DNA of 64,000 nt from Actinophytocola sp. (lineage in GTDB: Bacteria; Actinomycetota; Actinomycetes; Mycobacteriales; Pseudonocardiaceae), in assembly GCF_036378875.1 (NCBI RefSeq), contig NZ_DASUVO010000140.1, forward strand, positions 30,864-94,863, read 5' to 3'. A model generated the notes under the pieces. It was not told where the DNA came from. It was given only the letters and a program-made list of their open reading frames with translations, and did not search any database. This document shows positions 1 to 9,824 of this stretch, piece after piece. The position numbers and the translations under genes were made by a program. Every line of letters starts with the position of its first letter. The first letter of the stretch is position 1.

Positions 1-813
1 GAGCACCAGACCGGCCGCGCTGCCCCGGCCGTGCGACCCGACGACCATGAGCTGGGTTGAGGCGGCCCATTCGAGCAACGCGTGTGCGGGCCGGTCCCGC
101 GCGACCACCCGCCGCACCTCGACGTCGGGGTACTTCTCGCCCCAGCCCGCCAGCCGCTCGGCGAGCAGGAGTTGTTCGACGGTCTCGATGGCGTCCCAAC
201 CCAGCAGAGGCACCACGGCGGCGTCGAACACGCCGTCGGCCCAGGCGTGCACCGCGATCAACGGCACTTCGCGGGCATCCGCCGCCTGGAAGGCAAAAGC
301 CAGTGCCGCCTCGCTGACCGGGGAGCCGTCGACGCCGACCACGACCGGGCCGTCTTCGGACTGTCGTTCCCCGCGTACCACGACCATCGGGCATTCCGCA
401 TGAGCCGCCAGTCCGATCGCGACCGAACCGATCAGCAGTGAGGACAGTCCGCCGAGGCCACGGTCACCGATGACGACCAGCCCCGCGTCCCGTGACGCGG
501 CAACCAGCTGAGGCACCGGGAAGCCGTCGACGACACGCTCGGAGATCTCGACGCCCGGAGCGATCTGAGCGGCTGTCTCGGCGGCCGCCACGCTCGCCCG
601 CCGCGTGGCTTCCAACATCGTCTTGCGGTAGTGACCGCCGAGCCCGGGGTCGCCGACATGTGCTGAGTCGTGCCAGCTGAAGGCGCTGATCAACCGTAGC
701 GGGGTGTTGCGACGCGCGGCTTCCCGCGCTGCCCAGCGGACGCCGTCGAGCGCCGACGGTGACCCGTCGATGCCGACAACGACCGGCAGGTTTGTTTCTC
801 GCCAATGTCCCAT
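1..813 (-). CDS. Universal stress protein (tandem USP domains), 3' end runs off the window
   Basis: Manual translation from ATG at 813: MGHWRETNLPVVVGIDGSPSALDGVRWAAREA...LVVIGDRGLGG...VVVGVDGSP...LMVVGSHGRG. Two USP repeats, no stop before position 1, so it is absent from the ORF track. Confidence 0.9.
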   Translation of the reverse strand, partial: MGHWRETNLPVVVGIDGSPSALDGVRWAAREAARRNTPLRLISAFSWHDSAHVGDPGLGGHYRKTMLEATRRASVAAAETAAQIAPGVEISERVVDGFPVPQLVAASRDAGLVVIGDRGLGGLSSLLIGSVAIGLAAHAECPMVVVRGERQSEDGPVVVGVDGSPVSEAALAFAFQAADAREVPLIAVHAWADGVFDAAVVPLLGWDAIETVEQLLLAERLAGWGEKYPDVEVRRVVARDRPAHALLEWAASTQLMVVGSHGRGSAAGLVL

Positions 814-881
814 CTCACGCTCCTGTCCCAAGTCCGCAACTAGGACAGGACCGGGCACCGTCTTTGTGACAACGGTGCCCG

Positions 882-1292
882 TCACTGATCAGCCAGCGCT
901 GCGCGGAGGCTCACCCGGTACAGGTCAGCGAGGTCGACCATGCCGACGAGTCGACGGTCCTCGACGACCGGCAGATGGTGGACGCCCTGGGACAGCATCA
1001 GCCGTGCCGCGTCCTCGGCGGTGACATCGGCTCGCACGGTCGCCGGCGCCGCCGTGACGACCTGGCTGACACGAGTGTTGTCGAGGCTTCGACCGTGTGC
1101 GACCGCGCTGGTGATCTCGGCGCCGCTGATCACGGCGACGGGTTCGTGGGTGTCGTCGGCCACCACCACGAGCGCGGACTCATGGCTGTGTTCGATCAGG
1201 TAGGCGGCCGCGGCGAGATGGGCGTCCGGTTCGATCGTCGTCGGCTGCCTCATGACTTGCCCCACGGTCGGGAGCCGGGCATACATGCTCAT
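882..1292 (-). CDS. CBS-domain protein
   Basis: C-terminal part of ORF 882..1640 from MSMYARLPTVGQVM; CBS pair motifs VMRQPTTIEPD...HHLPVVEDRRLVGMV. The upstream extension overlaps the MFS gene and is not credible. Confidence 0.8.
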   Translation of the reverse strand: MSMYARLPTVGQVMRQPTTIEPDAHLAAAAYLIEHSHESALVVVADDTHEPVAVISGAEITSAVAHGRSLDNTRVSQVVTAAPATVRADVTAEDAARLMLSQGVHHLPVVEDRRLVGMVDLADLYRVSLRAALADQ

Positions 1293-1533
1293 GATGAGTC
1301 GTCCTGGTCCTTGGCGACGGAATGGGAACTGGTCCCCCAGACCGAGCCGGGCTGAGGCCACCGGGAAGACCGGCCGGCGACGAGATTTGTGACACCGCTC
1401 CCGGGACACATGTCCCTGGCCGTGCTTGACCAGGGACTTTCCCTGGCGCGAACCGAGCCCGAACCCGGCGATGCTCGACAGGCGATCCACGTCCCAGGCA
1501 AGGCACTCGGCTGACTCACGACGGGAGACTTCG

Positions 1534-2850
1534 ATGACCACCGACTCCGCCACGGTCGCGGTTCCGGTAGGACCGCCCATCTCGTTGCCACCCAGACGAT
1601 CGTTGCGCACGATCGTGGGAACCGGCATCGGCAATGCCATCGAATGGTACGACTGGAACGTCTACATCGTCTTCGCGCCGTTCTTCGCCCAGCAGTTCTT
1701 CAACCCTGCCGACCCCCTCTCGGCGATGCTCTCGACGCTGGCGATCTTCGCGGTCGGGTTCGTCCTGCGCCCGCTCGGTGGGTTGCTGTTCGGCTGGATC
1801 GCCGATCGTCACGGCAGGCGACCGTCGATGCTGCTGGCGATCTCCTTGGCATCGGCGGGAAGCCTGCTGATCGGTGTGTCGCCCACCTACGCGGGCGTCG
1901 GCGTAGTCGCCTCGTTGCTGCTCCTGCTGGCCCGGTTGCTGCAGGGCCTGGCACACGGCGGGGAGATCGCCTCCTCGTACACCTACATCGCCGAGATGGC
2001 ACCGCCTCGGCGACGGGGTCTGTGGTCGAGCACGATCTTCGTGTCGGGCATGTCCGCGATCCTGGTGGCCACCGTGCTGGGCGCAGGGCTCACCACGATG
2101 CTGACCGAGGCACAGATGACCGAGTGGGGGTGGCGGATCCCGTTCGTGATCGGCGGGGTGCTCGGGATCGTCGCGATCTTCCTCCGCCGCGGGCTGGACG
2201 AAACCCACGCCTTCGCCAAGACACGAAACAGCGAGCCCAGGCCCGCCCGTCCGTCGATCCTGCGCGGTATGTGGACCTACCGCGCCGCCCTCGCCCGAGT
2301 GTTCGGACTCAGCCTGGGCGGCACCGTCTTCTTCTACACCTGGGCTGTCGCCGCGCCCGCCTACGCCATCAGCGTCGGGGGCATGGACGCGACGGCCGCA
2401 CTGTGGGCCGGGGTCGCCGCGACCGCACTCGGCATCGCGCTGCTCCCGCTGGCGGGGCACCTGTCCGACCGGTTCGGGCGCAGACCCAGCTTCGTCGTCT
2501 TCGGGCTCGGCGCCGCCGCGGTCACCTTCCCCCTCGACCGCCTGATCCAGGACGAGTCGTGGCAACTGCTCGTCGCCATGTCGATCGCGATGGCGCTGAT
2601 CGCGGTCAGCGCCGCGATCGCGCCCGCGGCACTCGCCGAGCTGTTCCCCACCCACGTGCGCGCCTCCGGATTCGCCGTGCCCTACTCCCTCGCCGTGGCG
2701 CTCACCGGCGGAACCGCGCCCTATCTACAGGCGTGGTTGTCCAGCCGAGGGCTCGGCGATGTCTTCCTCGGCTACAGCGTCGCGCTGCTGGTGCTCGTGG
2801 CCGTCGTCGCGGGGTTCATGCCGGAGACCAAGGGCAAGAACCTCGACTGA
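1534..2850 (+). CDS. MFS transporter, metabolite:H+ symporter (MHS, KgtP/ProP-like)
   Basis: GNAIEWYDWNVY, RPLGGLLFGWIADRHGRR and ELFPTHVRASG motifs; about 12 hydrophobic segments; start at ATG 1534 after GGGAGA. Confidence 0.9.
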   Translation: MTTDSATVAVPVGPPISLPPRRSLRTIVGTGIGNAIEWYDWNVYIVFAPFFAQQFFNPADPLSAMLSTLAIFAVGFVLRPLGGLLFGWIADRHGRRPSMLLAISLASAGSLLIGVSPTYAGVGVVASLLLLLARLLQGLAHGGEIASSYTYIAEMAPPRRRGLWSSTIFVSGMSAILVATVLGAGLTTMLTEAQMTEWGWRIPFVIGGVLGIVAIFLRRGLDETHAFAKTRNSEPRPARPSILRGMWTYRAALARVFGLSLGGTVFFYTWAVAAPAYAISVGGMDATAALWAGVAATALGIALLPLAGHLSDRFGRRPSFVVFGLGAAAVTFPLDRLIQDESWQLLVAMSIAMALIAVSAAIAPAALAELFPTHVRASGFAVPYSLAVALTGGTAPYLQAWLSSRGLGDVFLGYSVALLVLVAVVAGFMPETKGKNLD

Positions 2851-2928
2851 CCCGCGAGGTTGTCACAGATCGGGTAGGCCGCCCTGTCCTTGCTCGCGAA
2901 GCCAATCCGGCGAGAAAGGCGGGTAACC

Positions 2929-3873
2929 ATGAGGACAACGCGTCCCCCTGGCCGGGCACCCGAGGACCCGCCGTCGACCGGCTGGCACGCCCTTCCCCGG
3001 CCCGTGGCCGTGGCCGTGGGTGGTGGTGGCGTGCTCGGAGCCGCGCATGTCGGTGTCGGGCACGCCCTGGAGGAGCGTGGCTTCGTCCCGGACCTGATCG
3101 TCGGAACCTCGGTGGGCGCCCTCAACGGGGCGATCGCGGCAGCACACCCGCACCGGGCCGCGCAGTGGCTGGACCACGTGTGGACCCATTTGCGTCGCCG
3201 TGAGGTGTATCCGCTCGGCTTCCTGCCCTCGCGGGCCAGCATCTTCGCCGACCGCGGCCTGCGTCGGCTGATCGCTCGGGCCGGGTTGCCGTCGCGGATC
3301 GAGGAGTTGGCGGTCCCGTTCACCGCGGTCGCCATGGACCTGGGCACCGGCGCCGAGGTCCTGCTCGACCACGGAGACCTCGAGTCCGCGCTGCTGGCCA
3401 GTGCGGCCATCCCCGGGATCCTGCCTCCGGTCGATCGGGACGACCGGACACTCGTCGACGGCGGGGTGATCGCCTATGTCCCGGTGCGGGCGGCGCTGCG
3501 GGCGGGGGCGGCCAGCGTGGTGGTGCTCGCAGCCGGGCCGGAGAGCTCACCGTTGCGGTCCACCATCCCGCGCCGACGCGCCAGTGCGATCGCCGCCAGG
3601 GCCGGGGTGCTGGCGTTGCGCCATCAGATCGAGCGTGACCTGCACGAGGTGGCCGGGCACATCCCGACCGTCGTGCTGCCGACCGGTGTCGAGACCTGGC
3701 CCGCCCCGTGGGACTTCCGCCATTCCGGGAGGCTGATCAGCACCGCCTCCCTCACGGCGGGCCGCTTTCTCGACGGGCTGCGCATCAGCGGGCCGGGCCT
3801 GTACCGGGTCGACGATCCTCCGGCCACATCGGACAGTCCAGAAGGGGCAGCGGCGTCGGGGGTCGGCCGGTGA
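2929..3873 (+). CDS. Patatin-like phospholipase
   Basis: GGGGVLG oxyanion loop, GTSVG nucleophile elbow and DGG catalytic Asp motif. Confidence 0.9.
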   Translation: MRTTRPPGRAPEDPPSTGWHALPRPVAVAVGGGGVLGAAHVGVGHALEERGFVPDLIVGTSVGALNGAIAAAHPHRAAQWLDHVWTHLRRREVYPLGFLPSRASIFADRGLRRLIARAGLPSRIEELAVPFTAVAMDLGTGAEVLLDHGDLESALLASAAIPGILPPVDRDDRTLVDGGVIAYVPVRAALRAGAASVVVLAAGPESSPLRSTIPRRRASAIAARAGVLALRHQIERDLHEVAGHIPTVVLPTGVETWPAPWDFRHSGRLISTASLTAGRFLDGLRISGPGLYRVDDPPATSDSPEGAAASGVGR

Positions 3874-5072
3874 GCACCATCGCGTTCCTCAACATCGGCA
3901 TGCACGGGCGTGTCAACCCGACGCTGCCGGTCGTGGCCGAGCTTGTTCGGCGCGGCCACGCCGTCACCTACCACACCTCGCCCGCGTTCCGCGCGGAGAT
4001 CGAGGCCACCGGCGCGACCGTGTGCCTCTACCCCGGGGGCGACCAGCCGCTTCCCGATCCGCCGACGCCGGCCACGCTGTTGGCAGGACTCGCACGCACC
4101 GCCGTCCATGTGCTGCCCGCCGTGCTCACCGACCTGCGCCGCGCCCGGCCCCATCTGATCGTCCACGACAGCGCCTGCCTGTGGGGCGCGGTCGCCGCCC
4201 GCGAACTCGAGGTGCCGGCGGCGTCGTCGTTCACCACGTTCGCGTTCAACCGGCAGGTGCCCAGCCCCACCCGCGGCTCGTGGGACCTGCTGGCGGCGGC
4301 TCGACCCCGCGGTCTCGGGGGCTACCTGCGGTCCCGCGGCGAGCTGCGCCGCCGTTACGACACACGCGGGTTGCCGCTGGTCGACCTGGGAAACATTCGC
4401 CAGCGGCTCAACCTGGTCTACACGTCGCGAGAGTTCCAGCCCGCCGTCGAGGACTTCGACCAGTCCTACCGGTTCGTCGGCGCGAGCATCGGTGCCCGCC
4501 CGGTCGACCCGGACTTCCCGCTCGACCAACTGCGGGATCCGGTGCTGTACGCCTCGCTGGGCACGGTGTTCAGCGCCGGCCCTCGGTTGCTCCGCGGCTT
4601 CGCGACCGCGCTAACCCCGCTGGGCGGCACCGTGGTCGTCGCCACCGGACAGACCGATCCGGCCGCGCTGGGTCCGTTGCCGGCCAACGTGATCGCAAGC
4701 CGTTTCGTGCCGCAACCGGAGGTGCTGGCCCGCGCGACGCTGTTCGTCACCCACGGGGGGATGAACAGCGTCAACGAGGCCATGTACGCCGGGGTGCCGA
4801 TGCTGGTGGTCCCGCAGGGCGCCGACCAGCCGATGGTGGCCAGTCGTGTCGTGGAGCTCGGCGCCGGCCTGTCGCTCCGCACCCAGGACGTCGCCCAGGA
4901 CTCCGTGCGTGCCCTCGCCAGGCGTCTGGTCGAGGATCCCCGGTTCCGGACAGCCGCGACCACCTTGCGGGCAGCCCAGCACGAGGCAGGTGGCTACCGG
5001 CGCGCCGCCGACGAGCTCGAACCGTACCTGCACGCGGCCGGCCCGGGCAGCCTTCACAGCAGGGCCGAATGA
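3870..5072 (+). CDS. GT1 glycosyltransferase, MGT/OleD/YjiC-like
   Basis: GTG overlapping the patatin stop (GTGA). HGRVNPTLPVVAELVRRGH N-terminus; YASLGTVF and FVPQPEVLARATLFVTHGGMNSVNEAMYAGVPMLVVPQGADQ UDP-binding signature. Confidence 0.9.
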   Translation: MSTIAFLNIGMHGRVNPTLPVVAELVRRGHAVTYHTSPAFRAEIEATGATVCLYPGGDQPLPDPPTPATLLAGLARTAVHVLPAVLTDLRRARPHLIVHDSACLWGAVAARELEVPAASSFTTFAFNRQVPSPTRGSWDLLAAARPRGLGGYLRSRGELRRRYDTRGLPLVDLGNIRQRLNLVYTSREFQPAVEDFDQSYRFVGASIGARPVDPDFPLDQLRDPVLYASLGTVFSAGPRLLRGFATALTPLGGTVVVATGQTDPAALGPLPANVIASRFVPQPEVLARATLFVTHGGMNSVNEAMYAGVPMLVVPQGADQPMVASRVVELGAGLSLRTQDVAQDSVRALARRLVEDPRFRTAATTLRAAQHEAGGYRRAADELEPYLHAAGPGSLHSRAE

Positions 5073-5560
5073 TCTCACCTGCGGTCGTCGCCCTGCTGCT
5101 GCTCGCCGGGTGGTCGGAGGCCGCCGGGCGCGTCCTGCCTCTCGTGGCGCGCCGGCCCGGCATGTCCCGGACCGTCGTCGTCGGGTTGCTGCTGGCCGGT
5201 GGCCTCGTCGAGGCCGCCGTGTTCGCGTTGTGGCCGCTGACCGCGTGGACCCTGGCCGAGTTGGTGCTGGCACCCGTGCCGTCACCGGCTGGGTTTCTGT
5301 GGACACCGGGCCTGGTCGCCCCGCTGGTGCTGGCTGCCGTCCTCGCCTTCCCGATGCTCGGACCGCTGCTCCACCTGCTGCTCTTCGTGGCAGTGGGCGT
5401 CGGACTGGTCACCCCGCTCGCTTCGGTGACCGGGCTGGGCTGGTGGCTCGCCGCCGGTTGCGTGGCCGTCGCCGGGACGGGGCTCGGTGTCGCGGTGGAG
5501 GCCGTCCGGCGGCTGGTCGTGCGGATCAGCGCGACCGGGGCGACGGAGCCTGTCGCATGA
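5069..5560 (+). CDS. Hypothetical integral membrane protein
   Basis: ATGA overlap with the GT stop; MISPAVVALLLLAG... with 4-5 hydrophobic segments (tail of ORF 4022..5560). Confidence 0.7.
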   Translation: MISPAVVALLLLAGWSEAAGRVLPLVARRPGMSRTVVVGLLLAGGLVEAAVFALWPLTAWTLAELVLAPVPSPAGFLWTPGLVAPLVLAAVLAFPMLGPLLHLLLFVAVGVGLVTPLASVTGLGWWLAAGCVAVAGTGLGVAVEAVRRLVVRISATGATEPVA

Positions 5561-6546
5561 ACGACTTCCTGCTCTGGGCCGGCGTGTTCGGGCCGGTCCT
5601 GCTCGCCGAAGGCCTGCTGGCCCGCTACGAGGTGTTGGCCTACGGCGCCGGCTGGCGAGCTCCCATGACCGAGCTCCCCGAGGACGTGCCCTATGCCCGG
5701 GGAGCGGCCCCCGACCGTCCCCCGGCCGCCTACCTGGTCTACCTGGACGGCATCGGGAAACGCCGTGCCCGCGACACCCGGGACGGCGGCCAACTGGTCG
5801 AGGCACTGATCGCCGGAGCGCCGGAGCTGCGGGTGCTGGGCCAGGTGCAGCCGTACTCGCCGCTGGCCGACCCGCTCGCCGACCGGCCGGTGTGGGCGCG
5901 GCTGCGCCGTCACGCCGGGTTACTGCTGTTCCTGCACAACGTCATGCAGACCTTCGTCGCCGCCGACCACCGCTACCGCCCCCTCTACAACCGGGCCATC
6001 GGCGCACAGATCGCCATCCAGCTCCAGCTCGCCGGCTACCAGCCCGACAGCGGTATCCCCGTGGTGCTGCTCAGCTACAGCGGCGGCGCCCAGGTCGCCA
6101 CCGGCGCGGTCGGCGAACTGCACACGCGGCTGCGCTCCCCGCTGCTGCTGATCACGCTCGGCGGCTTCCACAACGGAACCGGCGACCTCACCCACGCCCA
6201 GCACCTGTATCGGCTCACCAGCGCGAGCGACCGGATCGAGCGGGTCGGCACGTGGATCTTCCCCCAGCGCTGGCCGCTGTTGCGCCGTAGCGCATGGAAC
6301 CGGGCCCGCCGCGCCGGGAAGATCACCGTGCACCGGCTCGACCCCGCCACCCACGTCGGGCCACGCAGCTACATCAGCCCGAACGCCCTGCTGCCCGACG
6401 GCCGCAGCCACCTCGACCGCACCGCGGACACCGTGATCGCGCTCATCCGCGCCCACGGAGGCTGTCACACATCCCCGGCCAGCCATGAACCGCTGGTCAA
6501 TGACGCGCAGTCGGTAGGCGAAGGAGACCCCGATGACCAGTCCTGA
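5557..6546 (+). CDS. Hypothetical membrane-anchored alpha/beta-hydrolase-like protein
   Basis: ATGA overlap; N-terminal hydrophobic stretch, YLVYLDGIG and VVLLSYSGGAQ (nucleophile-elbow-like S-Y-S-G-G), with later D and H candidates. Confidence 0.6.
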   Translation: MNDFLLWAGVFGPVLLAEGLLARYEVLAYGAGWRAPMTELPEDVPYARGAAPDRPPAAYLVYLDGIGKRRARDTRDGGQLVEALIAGAPELRVLGQVQPYSPLADPLADRPVWARLRRHAGLLLFLHNVMQTFVAADHRYRPLYNRAIGAQIAIQLQLAGYQPDSGIPVVLLSYSGGAQVATGAVGELHTRLRSPLLLITLGGFHNGTGDLTHAQHLYRLTSASDRIERVGTWIFPQRWPLLRRSAWNRARRAGKITVHRLDPATHVGPRSYISPNALLPDGRSHLDRTADTVIALIRAHGGCHTSPASHEPLVNDAQSVGEGDPDDQS

Positions 6547-8263
6547 AAAGCAGATCGCGACCTCGGTGCTCGTCATCGGGACCGGCGGGTCCGGGCTGCG
6601 TGCCGCCATCGAGCTGGCCGAGCGCGGCGTCGACGTGCTCGTCGTCGGCAAGCGGCCGAAGGCAGACGCGCACACCACGATGGCCGCCGGCGGGATCAAC
6701 GCGGCGCTGGCGACGATGGACCCGCAGGACACGTGGCAGCAGCACGCCGCCGACACCATCAAGGAGAGCTACCTGCTGGCACACCCGGAGACGGTACGCA
6801 TCGTGGCCCAGAACGCGGCACGAGGCATCGAGGACCTGCAGCGGTGGGGCATGCCGTTCGCCCGCGAGGCCGACGGCCGCATCTCGCAACGCTTCTTCGG
6901 CGCGCACACCTACCGCCGCACCGCCTTCGCCGGCGACTACACCGGGCTGGAGATCCAGCGGACGCTGGTCAACCGGGCCGCGCAGCTCGACGTGCCGGTG
7001 CTCGACAATCTCTACATCACCCGGATTCTGGTGCGGGACAACGTCGTGTTCGGTGCGTACGGCTTCGACCTGGACACCGGCGCGCGCTACGTGATCCACG
7101 CCGACGCGGTGATCCTCGCCGCCGGTGGGCACACCCGCATCTGGCGCCGCACATCCTCGCGGCGCGACGAGAACACCGGCGATTCGTTCCGGCTCGCCAT
7201 CCTCGCCGGCGGCCGCATCCGCGATCCCGAGCTGGTGCAGTTCCACCCGTCCGGCCTGATCGAGCCCGAGAACGCGGCCGGAACACTGGTCTCCGAAGCG
7301 GCGCGCGGCGAAGGCGGCCTGCTGCGCAACGCACTGGGCGAGCGCTTCATGACCCGCTACGACCCGGACCGGATGGAACTGTCCACACGCGACCGAGTGG
7401 CGCTCGCCGCGTACACCGAGATCAAGGAGGGCCGGGGCACACCCCACGGCGGAGTGTGGCTCGACGTGTCACACCTGCCGCGGGAGACGATCATGCAACG
7501 GCTCCCCCGGGTCTACCAGACACTGCTGGAACTGCAGATGCTCGACATCACCCGCGATCCCATCGAGATCGCACCGACCGCGCACTACTCCATGGGCGGC
7601 GTGTGGGTCCGGCCGGAGGACCACGGGACGGGCGTCGACGGCCTGTACGCGATCGGCGAGGCCGCCAGCGGTCTGCACGGGGCGAACCGACTCGGCGGCA
7701 ACTCCCTGATCGAGCTGCTGGTCTACGGCCGGATCGTCGGCGAAGCGGCCGCGAGGTACTCCGCCGAACTGCCCGCACAGCAACGGTCACACGCGGCGCT
7801 GGCCGACGCGCGCGGCGAGGTCGACGAGTTGTTGGCCGCCGACGGGCCGGAGAACGTCCGAGCCCTGCAGCGTGCCCTGCGTGACACGATGACCGAGCAC
7901 GCCGGCGTGGTCCGCGAGGAGACGGGACTCCACGCGGGACTGTCCGAACTGGACGATCTCGAGGAGCGGATGAGACGCGTCGGTGTGCATCCCGACCTGG
8001 CCGGCTTCGCCGACCTCGCACACGCGTTCGATCTGAGGTCCTCCGTGCTCGCCGCCCGCGCCACGCTGGAAGCGGCCATCGAACGCCGTGAGACCCGCGG
8101 CTGCCACAACCGGTCCGACCACCCGGACCTCGACGAGTCGATGCGGGTGAACCTGGTCTGGTCCGGTCCCGGCCGCATCGACCGGGAACCGATCCCGGCC
8201 GTGCCGGACGAGATCTCCTCGCTCATGCGTGAGGTTTCCACCGCGGGCAAGCTCGTCGAGTAG
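6533..8263 (+). CDS. SdhA/FrdA/NadB-family flavoprotein with no neighbouring Fe-S or membrane subunits
   Basis: VIGTGGSGLRAA, AHTTMAAGG (His at the covalent-FAD position), QFHP, SEAARGEGG, ELSTRD, HYSMGG and LHGANRLGGNSL motifs. Confidence 0.9.
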   Translation: MTSPEKQIATSVLVIGTGGSGLRAAIELAERGVDVLVVGKRPKADAHTTMAAGGINAALATMDPQDTWQQHAADTIKESYLLAHPETVRIVAQNAARGIEDLQRWGMPFAREADGRISQRFFGAHTYRRTAFAGDYTGLEIQRTLVNRAAQLDVPVLDNLYITRILVRDNVVFGAYGFDLDTGARYVIHADAVILAAGGHTRIWRRTSSRRDENTGDSFRLAILAGGRIRDPELVQFHPSGLIEPENAAGTLVSEAARGEGGLLRNALGERFMTRYDPDRMELSTRDRVALAAYTEIKEGRGTPHGGVWLDVSHLPRETIMQRLPRVYQTLLELQMLDITRDPIEIAPTAHYSMGGVWVRPEDHGTGVDGLYAIGEAASGLHGANRLGGNSLIELLVYGRIVGEAAARYSAELPAQQRSHAALADARGEVDELLAADGPENVRALQRALRDTMTEHAGVVREETGLHAGLSELDDLEERMRRVGVHPDLAGFADLAHAFDLRSSVLAARATLEAAIERRETRGCHNRSDHPDLDESMRVNLVWSGPGRIDREPIPAVPDEISSLMREVSTAGKLVE

Positions 8264-8417
8264 TCGACAGAGCCAAAGCGCACGGGCAGGCACTGGTGTC
8301 CCTGGCCCGCCTCCCCGGGGGGTGTCCCCGGGTCTTCCACTGGCGCGACCGCACCCCGGGCGAGGCGAAGGTTGTCGTGTCACCTCCCCTCCGGTCACAG
8401 CGAACAGGAAGATCGTC

Positions 8418-9119
8418 ATGCGCATGTCCGATGTCAACGTCATGTCCGCGCCGACAGCGGTCGAGGAAGCGGAGGACTTCCAGAGCGTCCGTCCACGCCT
8501 GTTCGGGATCGCGTATCAGATGCTGGGGCGGGTGGCCGACGCCGAGGACGTCGTCCAGGACGTCTGGGTCCGCTGGCAGGGCACAGACCGAGCCCGGGTG
8601 AATGACCGGGTCGCGTTCCTCGTGAAGATCACGACGAACGTCGCGCTCAATGTCGCCGTCTCCGCTCGATTTCGCCGCGAGATCACCGTCGACCGCCAGC
8701 TGCCGGAACGAGTTCCCAACGCCGAGGACCCGACGCTGGCGGCCGAACGGTTGTCAGACCTAACCTACGCCGTCCGGCTCCTGGTCCAGCGGTTGTCGCC
8801 GACCGAACGTGCGGTCTTCGTGCTCCGCGAGGCGTTCGGCTACCGATTCCGCGAGATCGCCGAGACGCTCGCGATCAGCAACGCCAATGCCCGCCAGCTT
8901 GGCCGGCGGGCTCGCGCCCACCTCGCCCAACGCGGGCGCGAACCGGTTCGGGCGGCGGAGTGTGATCGCCTGCTCAGGGTCTTCCTCGACGCCGCTCAGG
9001 ACGGCGCCGTGGCCGACCTCGAGCGCGTGCTGGTCGATGACGTCATCTCCCACTCCGCACGCAACGTGCGTTCACCCCTCGTGGCAGCGGGATGCGGCGG
9101 CGGGGCTCGCCGTGCTTGA
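8418..9119 (+). CDS. ECF sigma factor, ECF41/SigJ-like, C-terminal extension truncated
   Basis: RPRLFGIAYQMLGRVADAEDVVQDVW (region 2) and LSPTERAVFVLREAFGYRFREIAETL (region 4); ends shortly after LERVLVDDV. Confidence 0.8.
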   Translation: MRMSDVNVMSAPTAVEEAEDFQSVRPRLFGIAYQMLGRVADAEDVVQDVWVRWQGTDRARVNDRVAFLVKITTNVALNVAVSARFRREITVDRQLPERVPNAEDPTLAAERLSDLTYAVRLLVQRLSPTERAVFVLREAFGYRFREIAETLAISNANARQLGRRARAHLAQRGREPVRAAECDRLLRVFLDAAQDGAVADLERVLVDDVISHSARNVRSPLVAAGCGGGARRA

Positions 9120-9279
9120 GATCGTCGAATGCCCCGAGTGCGCGGCTCCCGCGGAGGTCGTGGACCGCTTCATGTTGGACAGCACCGACGGCGCGATCGA
9201 ACACGCCACCGTGCTGTGCGTCCTGCGGCATCGCTTCACCATGCTGGTGGAGCGACTGGTGAGCACCCGAGGACGGTGA
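9112..9279 (+). CDS. Small Cys/His protein (55 aa)
   Basis: GTG overlapping the sigma stop; MLEIVECPECAAPAEVVDRFMLDSTDGAIEHATVLCVLRHRF, with CxxC and CxxxH. Confidence 0.6.
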   Translation: MLEIVECPECAAPAEVVDRFMLDSTDGAIEHATVLCVLRHRFTMLVERLVSTRGR

Positions 9280-9311
9280 CTCGACCCGCCGGTCGAGGCG
9301 GGGTTTGATCG

Positions 9312-9824
9312 TCAGCTGGCCAGTGCCCGCACCGGTTCGCCGACAGCGCGGACCGCGGCGATGCTCGCCCGGCAGGTGCGGACGACCTGGCGGTTGGCCG
9401 GCCCGCTCCCCGGCAGCCGGCAGCGCGCGCAGGTCAGGGCCACGGTGCCGGTCAGCTCGTCGACCGCCACGTTCAGCGCGACCTCACAGCGGCGGCACCA
9501 GCGATGCCCGGTCACCGCGATCGCATGCTGCGGCGACGCTACGCACTGGTGCATCCAGCGCCGGTGCAGCCGGCAGGTGACGCGCTCGTGCGGCGACAGC
9601 TCTTCGGCCTCCTCGGCGAGGTCCTCAGCGGCCAGGCGCGCGGCCAGCCGCCGGTCGGTGACGTCACGGTAGCGGTCGGTGAACACGGGCAGTGGAATGA
9701 GCGCAGCAGGGCGGGACGATGCGGGGGCCAATTCGGCGCCCCGCCGCGCTCGGCCGTACGACGCGGATCGCGGCGTCGCGCCGTACGGCTGGTTCGGGTG
9801 GCCGCTACGCGGCGTGGTGATCAT
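9312..9824 (-). CDS. Hypothetical Cys/His-rich putative Zn-binding protein
   Basis: CRLHRRWMHQC...H...HRWCRRC...CARC...C pattern; GC3-rich codon usage. Confidence 0.65.
   Translation of the reverse strand: MITTPRSGHPNQPYGATPRSASYGRARRGAELAPASSRPAALIPLPVFTDRYRDVTDRRLAARLAAEDLAEEAEELSPHERVTCRLHRRWMHQCVASPQHAIAVTGHRWCRRCEVALNVAVDELTGTVALTCARCRLPGSGPANRQVVRTCRASIAAVRAVGEPVRALAS

Noticed and set aside
3870-5072. GT as a rifamycin self-resistance enzyme
   Set aside because: It is MGT-like, about 48 kb from the cluster, and I saw no rifamycin-associated palindrome upstream.
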